This document shows, one piece after another, positions 62,446 through 64,000 of a stretch of DNA of 64,000 nucleotides. The notes under the pieces are model-generated. The model saw nothing but the letters and a program-made list of their open reading frames with translations. It searched no databases and had not been told where the DNA came from. The number at the start of each line of letters is the position of its first letter. The first letter of the stretch is position 1. This DNA comes from Octopus bimaculoides (taxonomy: Eukaryota): positions 27,468,409 to 27,532,408 of the forward strand of contig NC_069001.1 of the NCBI RefSeq assembly GCF_001194135.2, given 5' to 3'. A program made the position numbers and the translations under genes.

Positions 62446-62911
62446 ATGTGTAATGTAATACTTTAGGAAAAAAACATTGGGGTTTCATATCCAGCGTGAA
62501 CCAGACATCTCTTCAGTTTCTCAGAACGATAACCGTTCTCTGCAAAGAATGCTCTTTTAAACACAAGAACGCCGGTAATAGTTAAAGAAATATTCTTCTT
62601 AGAAAATTATGGCCAGGTGAGTTGTGTTCCTTCGCTTGATAGCTAGGTTTTCCAATTCTGAAGTAAACATTTCCGATAATTTGGACGACTCCCCACGGCT
62701 TCCGTCGTAGAGTTGAGGTAGCCTTCTGGCTCATGTGAGGTCATAATGATAATATATCTTTCTACCATACACAATTTACACAGCCTTGTTCCATTGCGAT
62801 AGGGTCCACAAGATTCCAGTTATTTCCACCTGATGTTAATTTGCGTATGGTCATTCTTTAAGCGCCATACGTATGCTGGAAGTGTTGTGGTGTTGCGTCT
62901 CTCCGAGACAT

Positions 62912-63310
62912 AGGCGCAGTAATGGGTGTGTGGTAAGTAGCTTGCTTCTCAACCACATAGTTCCGGGTTCAGTCCAGCTGCGTGGCACCTTGGGCAAGTG
63001 TCTTCTACTATAGCTTCGAACCGACCAAAGCCTTTTGAGTGGATTTAGTACACGGAAACTGTAAGTATGTATATGTGTATATATGTATGTATTTGTGTAT
63101 CTGTGTTTGTCCCTTGGCCATCGCTTGACAACCTATATTGGTGTGTTTACGTCTCCGTAACATTAGCGGTTCGGCAAAAAAGAGACCAATAGAATAAGTA
63201 CTAGGCTTACAAAGAATAAACCCTGGGGTCGATTTGTTCGACTAAAGGCAGTGCTTCAGCATGGCCACAGTCAAATGACTGAAACAAGTAAGAGAATAAA
63301 AGTATAAAAA
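62912..63310 (+). mobile_element. SINE family D, full length
   Basis: aggcgcag...gtgtggtaagtagcttgctt...gggttcagtcc...ttgggcaagtgtcttctactata...; short internal TA/TG tract; 3' ...gtcaaatgactgaaacaag. Confidence 0.92.
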
Positions 63311-64000
63311 GAATAAATGCGCTCTGTCACAGCTTCTTGTTCGTGTTCATACATATTTCCTGTTATCTCTACGCTACACGGGCTAGCATCTCACTATACT
63401 ATTTAATCTATACGTCCAGGCATGAATTTATACACTTTTTGAGCTGGCTGTTTGAGCGGCAATCACTCAAAAAGTGACTGATCCATTCCTCTCTATTACG
63501 TAAATTATAATTATGCATAAAACCCCTTAGAATTTATATCTTTCATTTTGATTTATCTGATTCTTTTAATTTCGTGAGATAATAGACATCAACCATTGAT
63601 ATCAGGCAGGATAATTATTTCCGAGACTTTAGTTTTAAAGTTAAAGACAGAAATCTTGCAGACATTTCAGAAGAGTTTAATTTGCCCATATAGAATATAA
63701 ATTTATTTAGTTACTATTTACGATGTTTGCATATTTTTGTCATAGCAAATTTTTCTTCTGTCAAGATACGTATTAGTCTATACTGCAAAGCGATATTCAA
63801 CCATAAGCACTACTTCAACGTAACTAAAGTAATCATGTGATAACTCATGAAATCTCCTTTGATTTCATCCATTGTGTGTGTAGACATATTACAGATACAA
63901 TGTAATTGTGGTATTGTACTATTCATATTGTGCTCACCTTGCAGATTACAAAATCCATTTGCGGTCTACTAAAGGAGGTTTAAACTATGACTCAATCATA

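Overview
AT-rich, microsatellite-dense eukaryotic non-coding DNA with six N-gaps, five of them next to TA/CA/TG repeats. The repeat families look like octopod cephalopod (Octopus) sequence; this is recognition from memory, not a database result. I found no intact host protein-coding gene, rRNA, true tRNA or CRISPR array. The window is a nest of mobile-element relics. There are four recurring tRNA-headed SINE families (called A-D here; about 30 copies, several with target-site duplications). LINE 3' fragments include RTE (8985-9645, probably 51874-52165), R4/Dong-type with a CCHC knuckle and restriction-like endonuclease (24039-25131) and a very decayed L2/CR1-group piece. A Penelope-like element (PLE) GIY-YIG fragment lies at 53015-54250. 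Tc1/mariner relics include DD34D mariner, DD34E Tc1, DD37D maT-like and MITEs. The best second-look signals are hammerhead-ribozyme cores. One family has an intact catalytic core in two nearly identical copies (5963-5991 minus, 16647-16675 plus). Another core lies downstream of a tRNA-Ser-like Pol III head (29135-29317 minus). These fit known PLE/retrozyme biology, so they are candidates to test rather than a proven new system.
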